DNA from: Psilocybe cubensis
Lineage: Eukaryota
Reading direction: 5' to 3'
DNA: 64,000 bases
Assembly (NCBI GenBank): GCA_017499595.2
Contig: CM039000.1
Span: 1,612,001-1,676,000 of the forward strand
Shown: positions 1 through 13,724 of the stretch, piece after piece
How positions within the stretch are numbered: position 1 is the first letter of the stretch
Layout: the number at the start of each line of letters is the position of its first letter
Program-made: the position numbers and the translations under genes
Notes under the pieces: model-generated
The model's input: the letters and a program-made list of their open reading frames with translations, nothing else
Database searches by the model: none
What the model was told of the DNA's origin: nothing

Positions 1-493
1 CAAAAATAATGATAAGATCAACCAGTGTCAAGGAGATGAGAGGAAAGACAGCACCTTGTCTTGAAGGAACAGACGGTCATCCCGCGAGGCCGCCTTCCAG
101 AGGACATAGAAGTTGGCACGCTCCCTCAAAGTGTATATCCACACAAATGAACCGATAATCAAGACACCGATAGCATCTACGAGCAGTGTCCAGTTGAGAA
201 TAACGAGTCCGAGGGTGACATGGTTTCTTTGAATAATGGCGCCTACTGATATCGCGAAAGTGATCAAAAATGCGACACCCAAAATTGTGCCCGCTAACAG
301 AGAGAGGGGTATAAGCAGACAGTGTTGTTATCCAAGGAAAGCTCGCACCAGTGAGATCAGCGGATGACAAGACCATATTCATGAGGACATTGGGAGCACG
401 CCAGACAATGGACAGGGCAACAGAGAGAGCACCGGCGACTAAAAGACAAAAATCAAGGGCGACCCAAACACCCATCAATGTTCTGGAGACCAT
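1..493 (-). CDS. Fungal tetraspanin (Pls1/Tsp2-like), 5' part; continues off the window start
   Basis: ATG at 493 gives MVSRTLMGVWVALDFCLLVAGALSVALSIVW. GT-AG intron 348-294, then exon 293-55 with two more hydrophobic helices and the start of a large loop (WIYTLRERANFY...LFLQDK). Next donor at 54. Confidence 0.75.
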
Positions 494-981
494 GTTTACT
501 GTAAAGCAAAAGTCAGCGAATCTACAGAGAAATTGGTGTGGAATATGACGCACGACTTGAAAGCAGGGGAAAAGAAGGTAACTCTTTCAAAGAGACTTTT
601 CAAGGAATCCGAGAGAAGAAAAGTGAAGACGTTCAACGCCTCCTCGCGCTTGCGCAAAGAACAGGCCAAAGAAAAGAAAGGAAAGGTGGAGACAAAGAGA
701 AAGACGGCGAGTGGCCTTTCAAGTGATTACAACGATCAATAGACACTTGTCACAATGGTCTAGGTAGGGTCGTTATGGCTACATTGTGATAGTCACGGTC
801 ACAAAACGACCGCCTCCCAATCTAACATGACCAAGCAGCTGAGGTAATCAGCGCGATCGAGTCAACTGGTGCACAGCCGTTCGGTGCTAAACTTGAACCT
901 TTATTAACTCAGCGCCGCACTGCCTGCATACTTTTCAACTTTTACTCAAACCACCACCACCACATACCATCTCATATAACC

Positions 982-1710
982 ATGGACGATTGGGATACCA
1001 AAGTTGTCATTGGCTCCAAGCGCAACGTCGCAAAGGTCACCAAGAAGGATTCCGACCTCAATGGTATGACGTGTGCCCAGTTCCTATTTGTCCTTATTCA
1101 TGCTGACATGTTTTTTGCTTTCTAGCCGTAAGGACCATTCAATGCTCTACACTCACCACCTATTCTCATTATTCTGGTTATAGGCTCGCAGGACAGGTTC
1201 GGTTGTCGCCACCGATAAAAAAATATCTGCTGGCGGAAACAAGGCCCACCAAGGTACTGTTATTGCACTATGCTTTTGTCTTCGCATCTTATCACTTGTT
1301 ATCGATATACAGGCACCGACCATCAGCGTATAGCCAAACTTGACAGAGAGAACGAAGTCGCCCCTCCAGCTAAAGTTGCACCCTCAGTTGGACGAGTGAG
1401 TGTGCATTTTGTTGGCAATTGATGACTTGCGAACTTGATGCAACTTTAGGCAATTCAAGACGCCCGCCTTGAGCTCAAGCTTTCGCAAAAGGACGTCGCT
1501 CAGAAAGTTAACGAGAAACCTTCAGTTATCCAGGATTACGAATCAAGTAAAGCTATTCCTAATCCTCAGATTCTTGGTAAACTTGAGCGGGTTCTCGGCG
1601 TCAAACTTCGGGGTTAGTGGTTCATGTTTTCTTGACTAGTGTTTATCGGTACTCATAACGCTCCAGGCTCCGACATTGGGAAAAAGCTGTCAGAGCTCAA
1701 GAAATCATAG
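982..1710 (+). CDS. MBF1: Multiprotein bridging factor 1 (HTH), 147 aa, 6 exons
   Basis: Exons 982-1063, 1126-1127, 1184-1253, 1313-1395, 1450-1612, 1667-1710 splice to [11 protein letters not shown]...DLNAARRTG...[12 protein letters not shown]...[22 protein letters not shown]...[12 protein letters not shown]. Not in the ORF track. Confidence 0.95.
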
Positions 1711-2114
1711 ACAGCTTATTGTGCACTAACCTAGATGTCGGCTAGCACTTACACGTTATAATATGTACATTCGGTGGATTCTTAGAGCATCACGGAAATG
1801 ATTTCCTTTAGAGAATTTGCACATCCCCTCTTCGCTGCGTGAATAATATGGCATCGAACTTGAAAGCTGGTAAATAATGTATCGACGTCATTCTCCGAAG
1901 AACAAATACTAAACTACACATAAGTATCGCGTACCTGCGCGGAAGATAATAAGTACAGCGATCCAATGGTTGTAATGTTAATAATTAGATACATATTGGC
2001 TCTAGATGTGGTCCAGAAGACAGCCTAGCCGCATGGATCCCTGGAGTTAAATTTCAGTCGTCACAAGCGACGACAGAGGTCCCGTCAGTGATTGTTGTCG
2101 CGTGGTTATGCGGT

Positions 2115-3968
2115 TTATGAAGCCTGTTCCGTGTCGCCGTTCTGCCAAAAAAAAATTAGGTTTGAATCAAACGTGGGCGGTTATATTCTGAAATATGCTG
2201 CCTACATATGAGATATAATCAGGGCTTTCACATGCTTTATATTCTTTTAGAAGTTCTTCACAAGTTGCCCTGGTGAGAGTATCAATGTTAGTCCCGTCCA
2301 ACATCAACATTGCTGCGGCACCTTACCTCGCATCGTCGAACTCTTCAAGACCATTCTCAAACAACTTCTCTTTCTTGTACTGTTCCAAAAAGGCGTTACG
2401 CCTTCGGAGGCGGTCAAACTGATCCAACATCCGCTTGAATAGCTGTTACACCGAAGATAAGCTAAGGGAATTACTAAAATAATTACAACAACGTACAGAG
2501 GCAATGCTCGTATGATTGGCGAGCATCAAACCGCTAACGCGATGGTTTGTCTGAATGTAAGGCGACCTGCGAGTTAACGCTACCTGTATTGAGGCGGGGC
2601 CCCAGGGGATGAAATTCGCCAGCTGACGCTCACGAATTCTGAGTAGCGATTGATGCACCTGCACATTTTCATAGTAAGACGGTGTGGTAACTGCCATAAA
2701 AGATGGCTACTGACATCAGTGGAATCAACATCGCCTTGAATGATGTTCAAAATTGATATGTAGCAAGCTGTTTTGCTCGGTGTTGTTGAGACCATGCGGT
2801 TTTTGGGTTGGAGCAAACGGCGCATAACATCGAGGACTGTTGTTCTCCTGATGGGTTTTGCCTGAAAGAGTGTGTTAAGAATATTTGAAACGATAGATAA
2901 AGTCCACAATACCTTATCGATTTGATCACTAGTGAATGGTGTGTATGAAGTCATCAGGAAGTGGCAGCGAGGTGTGGGGATCAAGGAAGCGATGATTCCG
3001 ACAAGGTCATTGTTCATGTAGCTCGGATATCGTAATGTCTGAGTACTGGCGGCCATTACAGTTGCAACCTATATAACGATAAGTTACAAGACCAATTCAG
3101 AGTGATAGTACATACCAGCTGATTGGTCTGGTCAAAGGAAGGCGTCTGCACATGCAGACGATCCGCAGAAATCCTCGAAAGGGCCCCATTGTCCAAAACG
3201 ACGACTGAGTCAGCATGGTTCACAAGTCTCTTGAGGGTAAGCAGCGAGTTATATGGCTGCACAACAACGTCTCCCTCCTGCGCATTAGGGAACACGCTAT
3301 ACGTCTGTATCAGCTTTTTAGGAAACTTGTCATTTAAACGTTCAAGCAGGAAGGATCCCATTCCGGATCCCGTTCCACCAGCTATTGAGTGCATAAGCAT
3401 GAAACCCTGTCACACAATCAGACCCGACTTAAGAGGATGCAAAAAAGAAACGTACCTCTAACGAATCACTTCCTTCTGCTTCGCGATCAATCATCTCCAT
3501 GACTTCTTCATACACCCTCTCTCCTGCAGAGTAACCTTGAGCCCAGTTGTTTCCTGCGCCGCCTCCATCTTTCGATACAAATATGTTTTCAGGATTGTAC
3601 AAGTTCGCATAAGGAGATGTAAGAATGTTGTTGATCACCTGAACGCAGCTCAACATCCGTTGTGAAACAGGAAAGCACAGTGAACATACTCTGGGCTCAA
3701 GATCAACAAGTATAGCGCGTGGAATATAATGCTCGTCATCAGCCTGATAGAAAAACACATCTTTACGGTCTCCTCCCTCTGTTGCCCATTCTTCAAGGAT
3801 GCCGTCTTTGCTAATTCCATGCTCCGCGCACAGGCGCTGCCAAAAAACCGAGCCCACTTGATCAAAAATCATCAAGAGATGAGACGCGTATTGTATCCCA
3901 AATATTCAAGAAAGCGTACTCTGGTTTCCACATTGGCCAAGCTGGACAGTTACAATCTCGCGAGGCAT
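2115..3968 (-). CDS. TUB4: Gamma-tubulin
   Basis: [16 protein letters not shown] start; [46 protein letters not shown] and [12 protein letters not shown] motifs; multi-exon; stop TAA 2115-2117. Confidence 0.97.
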
Positions 3969-4274
3969 ATTTAATCAATGTTATCGTAGGACTTCAAGTC
4001 GCGACTTAACCGAACGCTGCATATCACCACGAATGTCACACGACCACGAGACTGAGCAGTCACACAGAAACATTGCAGAAGCAGTGACAAGGTGTTCATT
4101 CAGAAGGGCATAAAGTGAAAGTTGAAATAGAAAAAAAGCCACAACAAAGTATCTGAAAGCCGAAAAGTGATAAAAAAAGGTAATGTTGTTACAATACAGT
4201 ATGCAGGTGTAATAAGCCCAGATAGGAATGACAGATATGTGCAAAGATAGCGAGAATTATAACGACAAAGCTTT

Positions 4275-7200
4275 CTACTGTTGGAAAATCGATCGTGCCA
4301 CCTGAGCGAATAGGAAAAGTGTTAGTGTACACAATCAAATTTTTTTTTAGAAAAATGCGCCTACACTTTCGAGCAGCATCGTAACCTCTGGTCCGATTCG
4401 GATGAAATCTTTGCTCCAGAAATCGTATTTTGGGTTCCGCAACAGCTCAATGAACGTCACAAGTGCACCCCATGGGTGGGGTCGATGGACAATGAAGCGT
4501 TCAAGAAGAACTTTGGTCATAACTTCGCGGAAGCGATCGTCGTTCACCTCCAGGAACAGGTGGAGAAGAAGAGAGCTGAACCAATGTGTGTGGGCATTTG
4601 GATAGCGAAGGTGAAGAACCATTGCAGTCAAAAGGTGATGTTGACCTTCGACGTCAAGGTTAATAACGAGGTATTGCAATGCTACCACACCTGGATCAGT
4701 GGCGACGAAAAGCGAGGAGCCGCTTCTGGCTTTGGCCTGAGCAACAGATGAAACCCCAATGTACATGACAAGGGAGTTGACCAACGACAGATTGTAATTT
4801 TCAGTCGAATCATTGCTCTTCACCTTGAGCCGATCCTTCAGGGAAGGAAGGAACGATGGGTTGCCACGGTTAAGCAGATATTGGTCCAGGTAACCACGTA
4901 GATCACCTGTCTTCAGACCAGAGGCGAAATCAGAAAGAATGGGGGGGATTGGTCCCATTTCGGGAATGGCGTCGAATTTGATGTTGCGGAGATGAGGATC
5001 GGGGAGGACGATGGCTGGGGGGAAGGCACTGAGGATGATGTTTCGAAGTTGGATGCATCTTGGGGGAATTGCATCGCAGAGAGTAAAGTAATACTCGCTG
5101 AGGAACTCTGGGAAATCATGAAGGAGAACAAGCAAGAGCCTCAGAGCACCACGATAGAGGTCACGGGCAGCCACCTGGAGGTCGGCATCCCTTAAGAAAG
5201 GTGCCAAGAATTTGAACAGTGACAATAACAACTTGTGGAAAGCAGACCATCCCTGCAAATGATATAAACATTTAGAATAGTTAACTCTAAAGGAAACAAA
5301 TTTAATACTGACCTCGCGATTTGCTGACAACAGTAACTTGGGCATAAAGAGCCTGTGAGATATGAGACACATCCACGAGAAGGCAAATCCAGGGAAATAT
5401 GTGGGTTGCAGGGAGCTGTAAGTGTCACTAAAGATTCGGTCAGGAAATGTCGTTACATCATTTCGAGAGGAGCGTACCTGATAGCAATTAGCAGCTGGAA
5501 GTACACAGGACCGAGGTGGCTCTCTATGCTATGAAGATCGTTGACCAAGCTTGAGAAAAAGCGGAAGAAAGGCTTCTGCTGGAAATTAGGGCCTTGATCT
5601 TCGTGTGCGCTTGCAAGCACGAGGACAAAGATGGATAAAATCTTTGTCAAATAATGAACTTTGGCTTGATTATTGTTGACACCGGACGCATCTCCGTGGT
5701 ACTTGATGATGTAAACAATGAGCCTCGACATCGCATCCAGTGGTTGGAAAGCGTAATCAAGTTCTCCTGCAGCCACGTTCTTGATATAGCTGTTGACACT
5801 CGTTTCTGCGCATACTCTAAAGAAGAAAGAAGACACGTCTTCTACTTTCAAAATTCCCTGCTTTGTCAATTGGGTGATAAAGGGAACGAAACTCTTCTCA
5901 GGAGAGTGCGACCGTTGGAAGATAGTGATCCATTGCTGGAACCAGATGAACAGCTTTTCACGAAGTTGATCATTTTCTGCCTTGACTTGGGGTTGGAGGG
6001 CAAATGCTACATCAGGGGACATTGGACCAGAGGACCTTCTGATACCCCTGAGGTCATCAACGAGCCTGTTGACACTAAAAACCAAAAAAGTCAGTCATTG
6101 TTCTGACATTGTGCAAGCATGCGACTTACTCTTCGTTACCCTTCCCGGCGGCAGCAAGCTGAGTGAGCATCTCAATGGAGTATGCGAATTGTCCTTGCGT
6201 TGCCACTGGAGGGTCCGACGATAGGCATTCACGAATGAGGTTGGCAGCGAAAGACATAAGAATTTGTCGAGGATCATCGTACAACAGCTTCGCCAATTGT
6301 TGGTCTTGCAAGGTCACATTGATGAGTCCGCTTCTTAACAATGTTGCGGTGACAGGAACATTGAACTTTCGCTAGACGGATGTTAGAAATTATTCATTTG
6401 CCTTGTTATAAGAAATTCACCTCGTCTTCTGCATATAATAGCCATGTAATGGCCTCCTTGGCGACATCTTCAAACATACGACAAAGTTGATCCAGTAAGG
6501 CGACGTAGACTTCCCTTCCGAGGGGCGAGTTGGTCTTATACAGTAATTGTACAATTTTTTGCGACATCATTAGAGGAGTGGGTTCTCTGTTTGCAGAATC
6601 TTCCGCAAGAAGCATGATTTGGCGAACAAGATGACGGATATCATGGTTGGGGGGGAGGTTGGCCAACGACTGGTTTGGGTATTGAAGCATGACAGCCTCA
6701 AGGTCGCGAGTAAGAATCTGGAAGAATACGGCATGTTAGTAGGACACAAGTCTTCGAAGGAGGGGAAACTGACCGAGAATCGTTCCATTGCGTCTTGGTG
6801 GCTGTGAATGCCTTGGTTAAGAGCATGATCCAAGGATGGAGACTGCGAATAAGGAGCGCCGTGACCAAAGGAAGTTACAGAAGCAGGCCGACTGTCGTTT
6901 CTTCGTTTGGGATCCATTCCTATGAAATTTGATTAACATCACATATTTGTTGCATATATGTAGTTGAGAAATAATTACCAAAATCTTCGTATACAGCTGC
7001 TTGAAGAGGTTGAACTCCAGTTGGTTTGATACGCAAAGGATCCGGAAGAGACGATGTAAAGGCTGAATGAGAAACAGACGGGTCCCAGAAAGGTTGCCCA
7101 TTCCGAAGCTTTGGAGGCATCCTGAGTTATGATATCGTGGATACTTATATAAAGAGAATTACACACCTCGCGATGACGTCTGCGAACTTCATAGGAAGTT

Positions 7201-10200
7201 CTAAAGCCATCGTCAACATCCGTAACTGCCTGCTCCATGGCAGCCTTCTCGATAGCAGCACATGCAATATCAAGATTGTCTTGAACGAGAAGGATAACGG
7301 CCGAGTCAGCCACCTAGAAAGAGAGATAAGTGAAATACAACTGTAAACACAGAAGACAACACGAACTGCTCCGAATCCAGCGTCGGCAAGAGATTGGCGA
7401 AGATGAGTAGCCAGGTTACTTTTCAAGGGTTCTTTACAAGTGACCAGAGCCAAACTTCCCGCCAACTTTTGTGCCATAAGATGTCCGGCCCTGCGGAGCT
7501 TTTCTTCGTTTGGCTCAGTAGAATAGTCCTTGGATACCAATTCTCTGGTAGAAATGCCCGCAATCGTGACGGAACGCTCAACAACAGGAAGAATGATCTA
7601 GGAAAATAAACATTAAAATGTGCAAACAATTGTATAGAAAAAAAGTTTAGCTACCTCACGAACCGCTCGATCAACTGCGTGTTGAACGGCACGTTTGAAA
7701 GTGGCATTGTTGTCATAGGGCGCGAGTTGACCGTTTATATGCACAAGATGCATAAGATTGCCAAGAATGGCTTCAATATGCGCAGTGAGTGCTCTTTGAG
7801 ATTCGGGAGAACCTTGCCCTCCGAGAACCAAGATCTGAGAATCGCCAATCTGACCTGCGGGATTCTCGTTGCCAATAGGAAGAAGGCTGATATCCGGAGT
7901 GTATTCTGGAAGAGGAAGTCCTGTCATCGAATCCAATGGCCTGTTGCGCAAGATCATCGTTGGCTCAACTGCATCGAGATCAATATCAAGTCCCTTGCAG
8001 AGAATTTCAATGTCAAACTTGAGATTCAACTTGAGTTCTGCAAAGTGATACAGTTCAGCAAGCAAGCTAATGACAGCCATCAACCAGGGATTTGGCGGCT
8101 TGAAAACCTTCGATTTGGCACAGGGTTCGAGTGTTTTGCAGACAAAAGGAATTGCGACGACAAGACGACCACTTTCATAACCTTCAATGAGAAGATCTTT
8201 GAAGGACAAGTTTTTGTGTTTGATAGGTTGATCTCGCGCGAGAGTAATCGTGCCGAGCCAAGTACCAACATTTTTGAGAGCATTACGGTCGGAACCTGCG
8301 ATACTCCTGTCAGAGTTGAGAAGGGCGGCAGCTTTGATAAAAGTCTCCTGGAGAATGAACTTGAACAAGGGCTGACGATCCAAAGCGTCCAAAAAGCGAA
8401 GGTAAAGGGGATGGTTATTGGGTTCAGTGCTGATTCGTTGGTCAACCAAATAATTGGCGAACCAACGGGAATACTGGTCAACAAACTGTTCCCGCATTTC
8501 TTTCACTTTGGAGTCAAAGTTGTTAGGGGCAAGGTTATTGACGATGAAGAGGATACGATCAGACAGTTCTTCCGGAGGCACTTCAAGGGGCTCCGAAATT
8601 ACATCTGGCTGAATCGACGAGAAGGGCGGTGACGAATCGTAAGGTGGGTTGGAAAGCATGAGGTGGGAATCAGATACATTGTCCGCGGGATCTCCAGGCG
8701 AGCTCAGAATTCTCTGCATAGCAGCTGCGAGGTCAGGACGAGCCTCGACAAAGTGGGGTATTTGGAGCAAGCTCTCGCAAACGGGGCGCCATTCCTTCAA
8801 CCTTGATTCAAACCGACTAAGCGCCTGCATACCGAACTTGAAAAGGTTGGTTTCAGGTGGGCAGTGTAGGGCGTCTATGATGTAGCGTATCGCAATGGTG
8901 AGTGGCATGTAGTCTATAAGGCTGTGGCGGATGAGAGAGCCGAATAGATAGCCAGTCATGGCCAATTCACGAGGGGGGTAATAGGATTGGAAGAACTTGT
9001 ATTCGTCGAAGAGGAAATGGATCATGCAGGAGAAGACTTCGTGATCGCGAGGGTTATTGGATTCCTTGTATCGTTGAAGCATGGTAATGACTTCATCAAT
9101 GGATATGTTCTCATCGTACATTTGTTTATAAATGCCGTCAACTTCGGTTTCGATCTCGTTGGAATATGTGATGACGGTCATTCCGGTGTCGGAATCGTTA
9201 TTGGGGGACATGGACATGAGGCGGGGGTGGATTTGGAGGCAGGAGTCGCGGACACCGACACAGGCTGCTAGATCATTTTCATTGAGAAGGGAGGAACTGT
9301 CGCCCAAAAATCAGCCTTTTATATTCAATAAACCACACGTTTTCGGAACACATACTTGTGACGGAGGACACGCAGAATGATAGTGATTGTTGTTGGATTA
9401 AGGGCCATTGTTCGACTCTCCATAGGCGGGTCTGACAAACGACAAAGCTTTTCGCTTTCCATCTTTTGTTCCAAGAAACGGATGACCGAGTGGAGGAATT
9501 CTGTCCCATAGGCAGTCACATTGTCGGCCAGCCATTTATCAAGGTTGAGGTATTCGCGGCGAGAAGCAAGAGCTGCTACATCTAGGGCAAATGTAAAGGG
9601 TCGAACTTCGAGCAATGACTCAAGGATCTATGCATAAGCGGTGAGCATCATACAATTTCTATCAATCCATTAACGCATACCTTGAGATCTTGAGCGACAT
9701 CGAGAATGCGGGTGATGTTGAGGTTATTTTCGTCATAGAAATCGCGGAATGCATTCGTCAGGTAAGAGGGTTCAATTTGCCATATTCTCATAAAGACAAG
9801 CTGATGGTTTGGATGTCCGGCCAAGAACATCCCCAACAACTTGCGAGAATACTCGAGGCGAATGTCATTCCACGGTAAATCCTAACAAATGCGTTGAAGA
9901 ACTAACGGGATAGAAAGGTATTTCGCCACTTACCGGTACTTGTAACAAGCCCATATGAACAATCTCAGCACTAATTTTAATCGCCTTGTCCAACATCTCG
10001 CGAACACAGCTTCGAACCTCGAGAGCTTCCGATCCAGCCAGACGGACTAGAACCTGGAACAGTTCCAGAGAATTCCATGTCTGGCCCTGCACATTGGCAG
10101 CAAGGGACTTGATGGTCGGACTGGCAATTGAAACGTCATCGACAGTGACGATCCTTCGCCCAGGCAGCTGGACAAAGTTGAATGTGTCTGCCGGAAGAGA

Positions 10201-11527
10201 AAGAAGCGCATCAAGAAGTCGGAGCTGATAGAGGGGGTTTGACCAAGTCTGCCAGAATCCGGTCACGGCATGCGGGTCGGCATCGCGTGGTGAATTCAAA
10301 AGAATGGCAATAAGCATTTTGAGAGTCGCTGTGTCAACACCGTGTCGGTCTGGCCAATCAAAAGACTTGATGACACCGGGCCAATTAAGCGGGACATTCT
10401 GCAAGGTCCCCGAAAGGCAAGGATTAGGTGACGCGTGGCATGAACGCGAAGCAGGAGCTTACATAGCTGACAAGTGCACGAACGAAAGCTCCAACATCAC
10501 AGATTACAGCACCCTCCCCTGCAAGTTGCGAGAGAGTCGATACGATTTCCACCACCTGATCGTCACGGGGAGGATTTGAGTCTGTGATACCAAAGCGTTC
10601 CAGCAAAGCCTTGACTATCTCTGGGTCGCTTGTTATTTCAGGGCCAAGTTGTATCAACACCTCTACTAGTGACGTTGCAGGAGGAAGGCTGTCACAAGAA
10701 GAAGAAACATGTCAGACACCTAAAAACTGAAAAATAGCTGACATGTTTTTTGCGCACCTCAGTTTTGCAAAAATACGGCGCAGAATTGGTCCAAGCGCCT
10801 CTTTTCCCACTTTGGTTTGTGCAGCAATGATAAGCGTCTGACGTTGGTTGGCATCCAAAATAGGAGCATCTTGAGGAATATCGGACAAAAGGTTGGACAT
10901 CAGCTTCGAGATTTGTTCCGAATCGAAATTGGCGTGTTCGAGTGGGGGTGATTGGGCGAGCTCCAGAGCAGCGTTGTCAAATTCGGTCCGAACCATGACT
11001 GCTGCCTGTGTGGCCAGCTCCTTGCGTGTCTGGCCCGCTATTATTGATGCCGCCAGAACGACCCTCTCCAACGGTCGCAAGCCAATGCGATCTACAAATC
11101 GCGCGAAATCAAAATGCCTGAAGACGTCCCCCTCCCCCCCACCCACTGCGTCCCGAAATCTATCCGCCAAAAACGGGTCTCGAGCAAGGCGCTGTGTTTC
11201 CTGAACAAGGAGACGGAAGGTGAGATTTATCGATGACTCGAATGCAGATGCGGGCGGGATTAGAAGTAGGCGCGGTTGTGTATGAACGATGAGGCGTCGT
11301 ATGAAGTGAAGATATGTGTCAATTCCATGTTGCTCCGAAAGCTGGCCAAGATGGGTTCAATCAGCCCTTGGCCCCCCCAAAGAGAAAAAAAAAGTCAAAC
11401 TCACAGATCTTATTTCCATCTGATTTCTATCGAAGTTTTCCTCTGTCAGGGTCGAAAGAAGGAAAACTATCTGAGCCTTGACAATGGTGTTTATGTTCGT
11501 TGCAGGCGTCGGCGGCGGGTTGTCCAT
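4275..11527 (-). CDS. NOT1: CCR4-NOT scaffold subunit Not1
   Basis: Start MDNPPPT...IVKAQIVFLLSTLTEENF; FALDVAALASRREYLNLDKWL, RILFIVNNL, ISTEPNNH, LLVLLHDFPEFL, HLRYPNAHTHWFS and ERFIVHRPHPWG motifs; many GT-AG introns; stop TAG 4275-4277. Confidence 0.96.
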
Positions 11528-11824
11528 GTGGGACGACCTGGATGGGGTCACCGAGCGCCGGGCAACGCTTCCAGGTCCTGTCGCCGTTTTGGATAATTGT
11601 TTTGAGGGTAATTGAGGAATTTGAGAAACAGGCCACCTCCAACACGGGTTCGTCAATGTGTAGAGTGGCAGCAAGTTCCTGCGTAGTAGGCGGTTAGACT
11701 TGGCAACCCCAATGAATCTCCGCTTTGAATAATTAAAACTCCGCTATGACGAAGTGTGCATCATTCATCCTTCCCCCAAGCTTGAACTGCATTACTTGAA
11801 CCCAGTATATTGTTGTGCATACAA

Positions 11825-13656
11825 CTACTTGTAATATCTAAAGAGGGCAAAGGTCGCCAAAGCAAATAGAAGGCTGAACACATAAAATACTCTGCCCTCC
11901 TTGTACATATCCCCACCAGACAATAAATTCCGTAAAGGAAGGAAAGCGAGTCCAACGAGAAAATTGACAATCCCTGTGCCAATGAATTAACGTATGATCT
12001 TGGGAAAGCAGTAGAACGAACAACATACAATTCATAGAGAGGGCTACGGATGACAAAGCCGACACCGCCTATGTATGCCATCAGAAAACCTCTTGGAAAG
12101 GGAAAAATACAGAACATACACGTGGGGGAGACACCTCTGGAATCATGACAAATGGTACAGGACCCAGTCCAACAGCAAAGGACCTATCAGCCAGTTTAGC
12201 AAAAAAAATGCTTTGCAGCAAAAGTTGGCCTCATACATTACAAATGTAATGATTGCAACGCTTGACAAGGTCGTAGCGCCAGACCCTAATGCAAAACCAA
12301 GCGCGATGAGAGAAAACAAGGCACCGGAAAATGAAGTGGCAAGAAGAGGTTTTCTTCCCATCCTCTAGAACCTAGATTATTAATGATTTATCGGAAAGTA
12401 AAAGAGAATCTTGCCTCAATCAAAAATATGGCAGGGAAGGTCATGATGACATTAATGATAGTGATACCTAGAGAGATATAAGAACCAAATTCAGGAAGAG
12501 ATTTGGCCAGTATGGCGTTGCTGTAGTAGAGTACTGCATTGATGCCTTGGTGAAGCAGTCAGGCTAGATTTGAATTGATAGAACCTGGGTGATAGTCACC
12601 AGATATTTGCTGAGCAACCATGACCAAACTGACGATCATCAAAGGCTTTCGTAATTCTAACATGGAAAAGAGTTGGGGAACCCTGACATTTTCCTGAGCT
12701 GGTGCGGGAGGCTCATCATCAGACTCGTTCAAGAGGGATTCCTCAGCTATGTGGACAATTAGCATATATTTAGGTGAATGCAAATTTAACTTGCAAGCTA
12801 AAGAAGGGATAGTGTTGCCCCAAAGTCTTCTTGCAGCGGTCTTTTGTTCCTCTAGCCGCTGGTTTGCCAACAAGAAAGCGGGAGACTCGACTACTAGAGA
12901 GCTGGATATAAATTGGAAGACGGCAAGACAAAAAGAGATGAAAAAGACGATGCGCCACTGAGATGGATAAGCCAAGTTTATGCCTGCAATTTGAGTGAAC
13001 ATGATACCCAAGACAACGGCTAGCTGTGTGAGTACGCCTGCAGATGTTGACGTGAAGAAGGGTAGAGATAGTTAACATGGTAAGAAACGGACCAATACTG
13101 CCGCTTATTTTGGAGGGTGCAATTTCTGAGAGGAATATAGGGCCGACACAAAGACCAAGGCCTGACGCGATGCCAATAGCAAATCTGCAAGAAGATGGGA
13201 ACTTGGTGTAGGACACGGCTGCCAGAGAGCTTACCTGCCCAACAAGAGAAAGAAGACTGAATTGCTAAGACCCATAAAGAGGGCACCAACGGCCATGAAG
13301 ACAGTGCATATGCGATTGGTACCACGGCGACCCCAGCGATCCATGACGAGGTTGGCGACGAGACTACCAGCCAGACCACCGAGAGTGAAGATGGATGTGA
13401 CGAGAGAAAAGGTGAGATCGGACATGGGTATACAGGGAGAAAGGGCATGAAGGGCGTCGGGAACAGCAGTTACTTTGCAGGTGAGGACCCCCTGGATCTG
13501 GTTGAGGACAGAGATATGATAGCCATACTAGAGAGAAAGAGATGAAGAGAAAGAAGAGATGAAGCAGAGAAAGAGTACCTGGAAGGGTATGATCAAGGAC
13601 CAAAAACAGACTGCCCAGCCGTAGTTTGTAAATGCGGTTCCGTTGAGGGAGAGCAT
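11825..13656 (-). CDS. MFS sugar-porter family transporter (GLUT/Vps73-like)
   Basis: MDRWGRR and ERMGRK loop motifs, FLSEIAP, VESP, AQQISGINAVLYYS, GLGPVPF; about 12 hydrophobic segments across the exons; one GC-AG intron. Confidence 0.88.
12365..12414 (-). other. GC-AG intron in the sugar porter
   Basis: ATT GAG|GCAAGA...TTCTAG|AGG ATG GGA restores FLIERMGRK; no usable GT donor in the 50 nt. Confidence 0.8.
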
Positions 13657-13704
13657 GGCGGAGGTGGAGAAAGGTTAAGCCGCACGGAAGCGGATGTGGT
13701 AAGT

Positions 13705-13724
13705 GCCGGAGACAGCCGGAGACA
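13705..13724. repeat. 10-bp direct repeat GCCGGAGACA x2 in the divergent transporter/GH13 promoter
   Basis: gccggagaca-gccggagaca read directly; gives a CGG-N7-CGG arrangement. Confidence 0.85.

Noticed and set aside
533..742. Lys/Arg/Glu-rich short ORFs
   Set aside because: Product of the GA-rich strand opposite the pyrimidine-rich tetraspanin leader; no gene-like structure.
2062..2104. Hairpin GCGACGACA...TGTTGTCGC just past the gamma-tubulin stop, considered as SECIS or other ncRNA
   Set aside because: Only ~10 bp, pairs better on the non-mRNA strand, lacks the SECIS core, and I saw no in-frame UGA in the neighbouring genes.
7679..8632. 317-aa plus-strand ORF antisense to NOT1
   Set aside because: Codon-aligned shadow of a long NOT1 exon, non-ATG start, no recognisable motifs.
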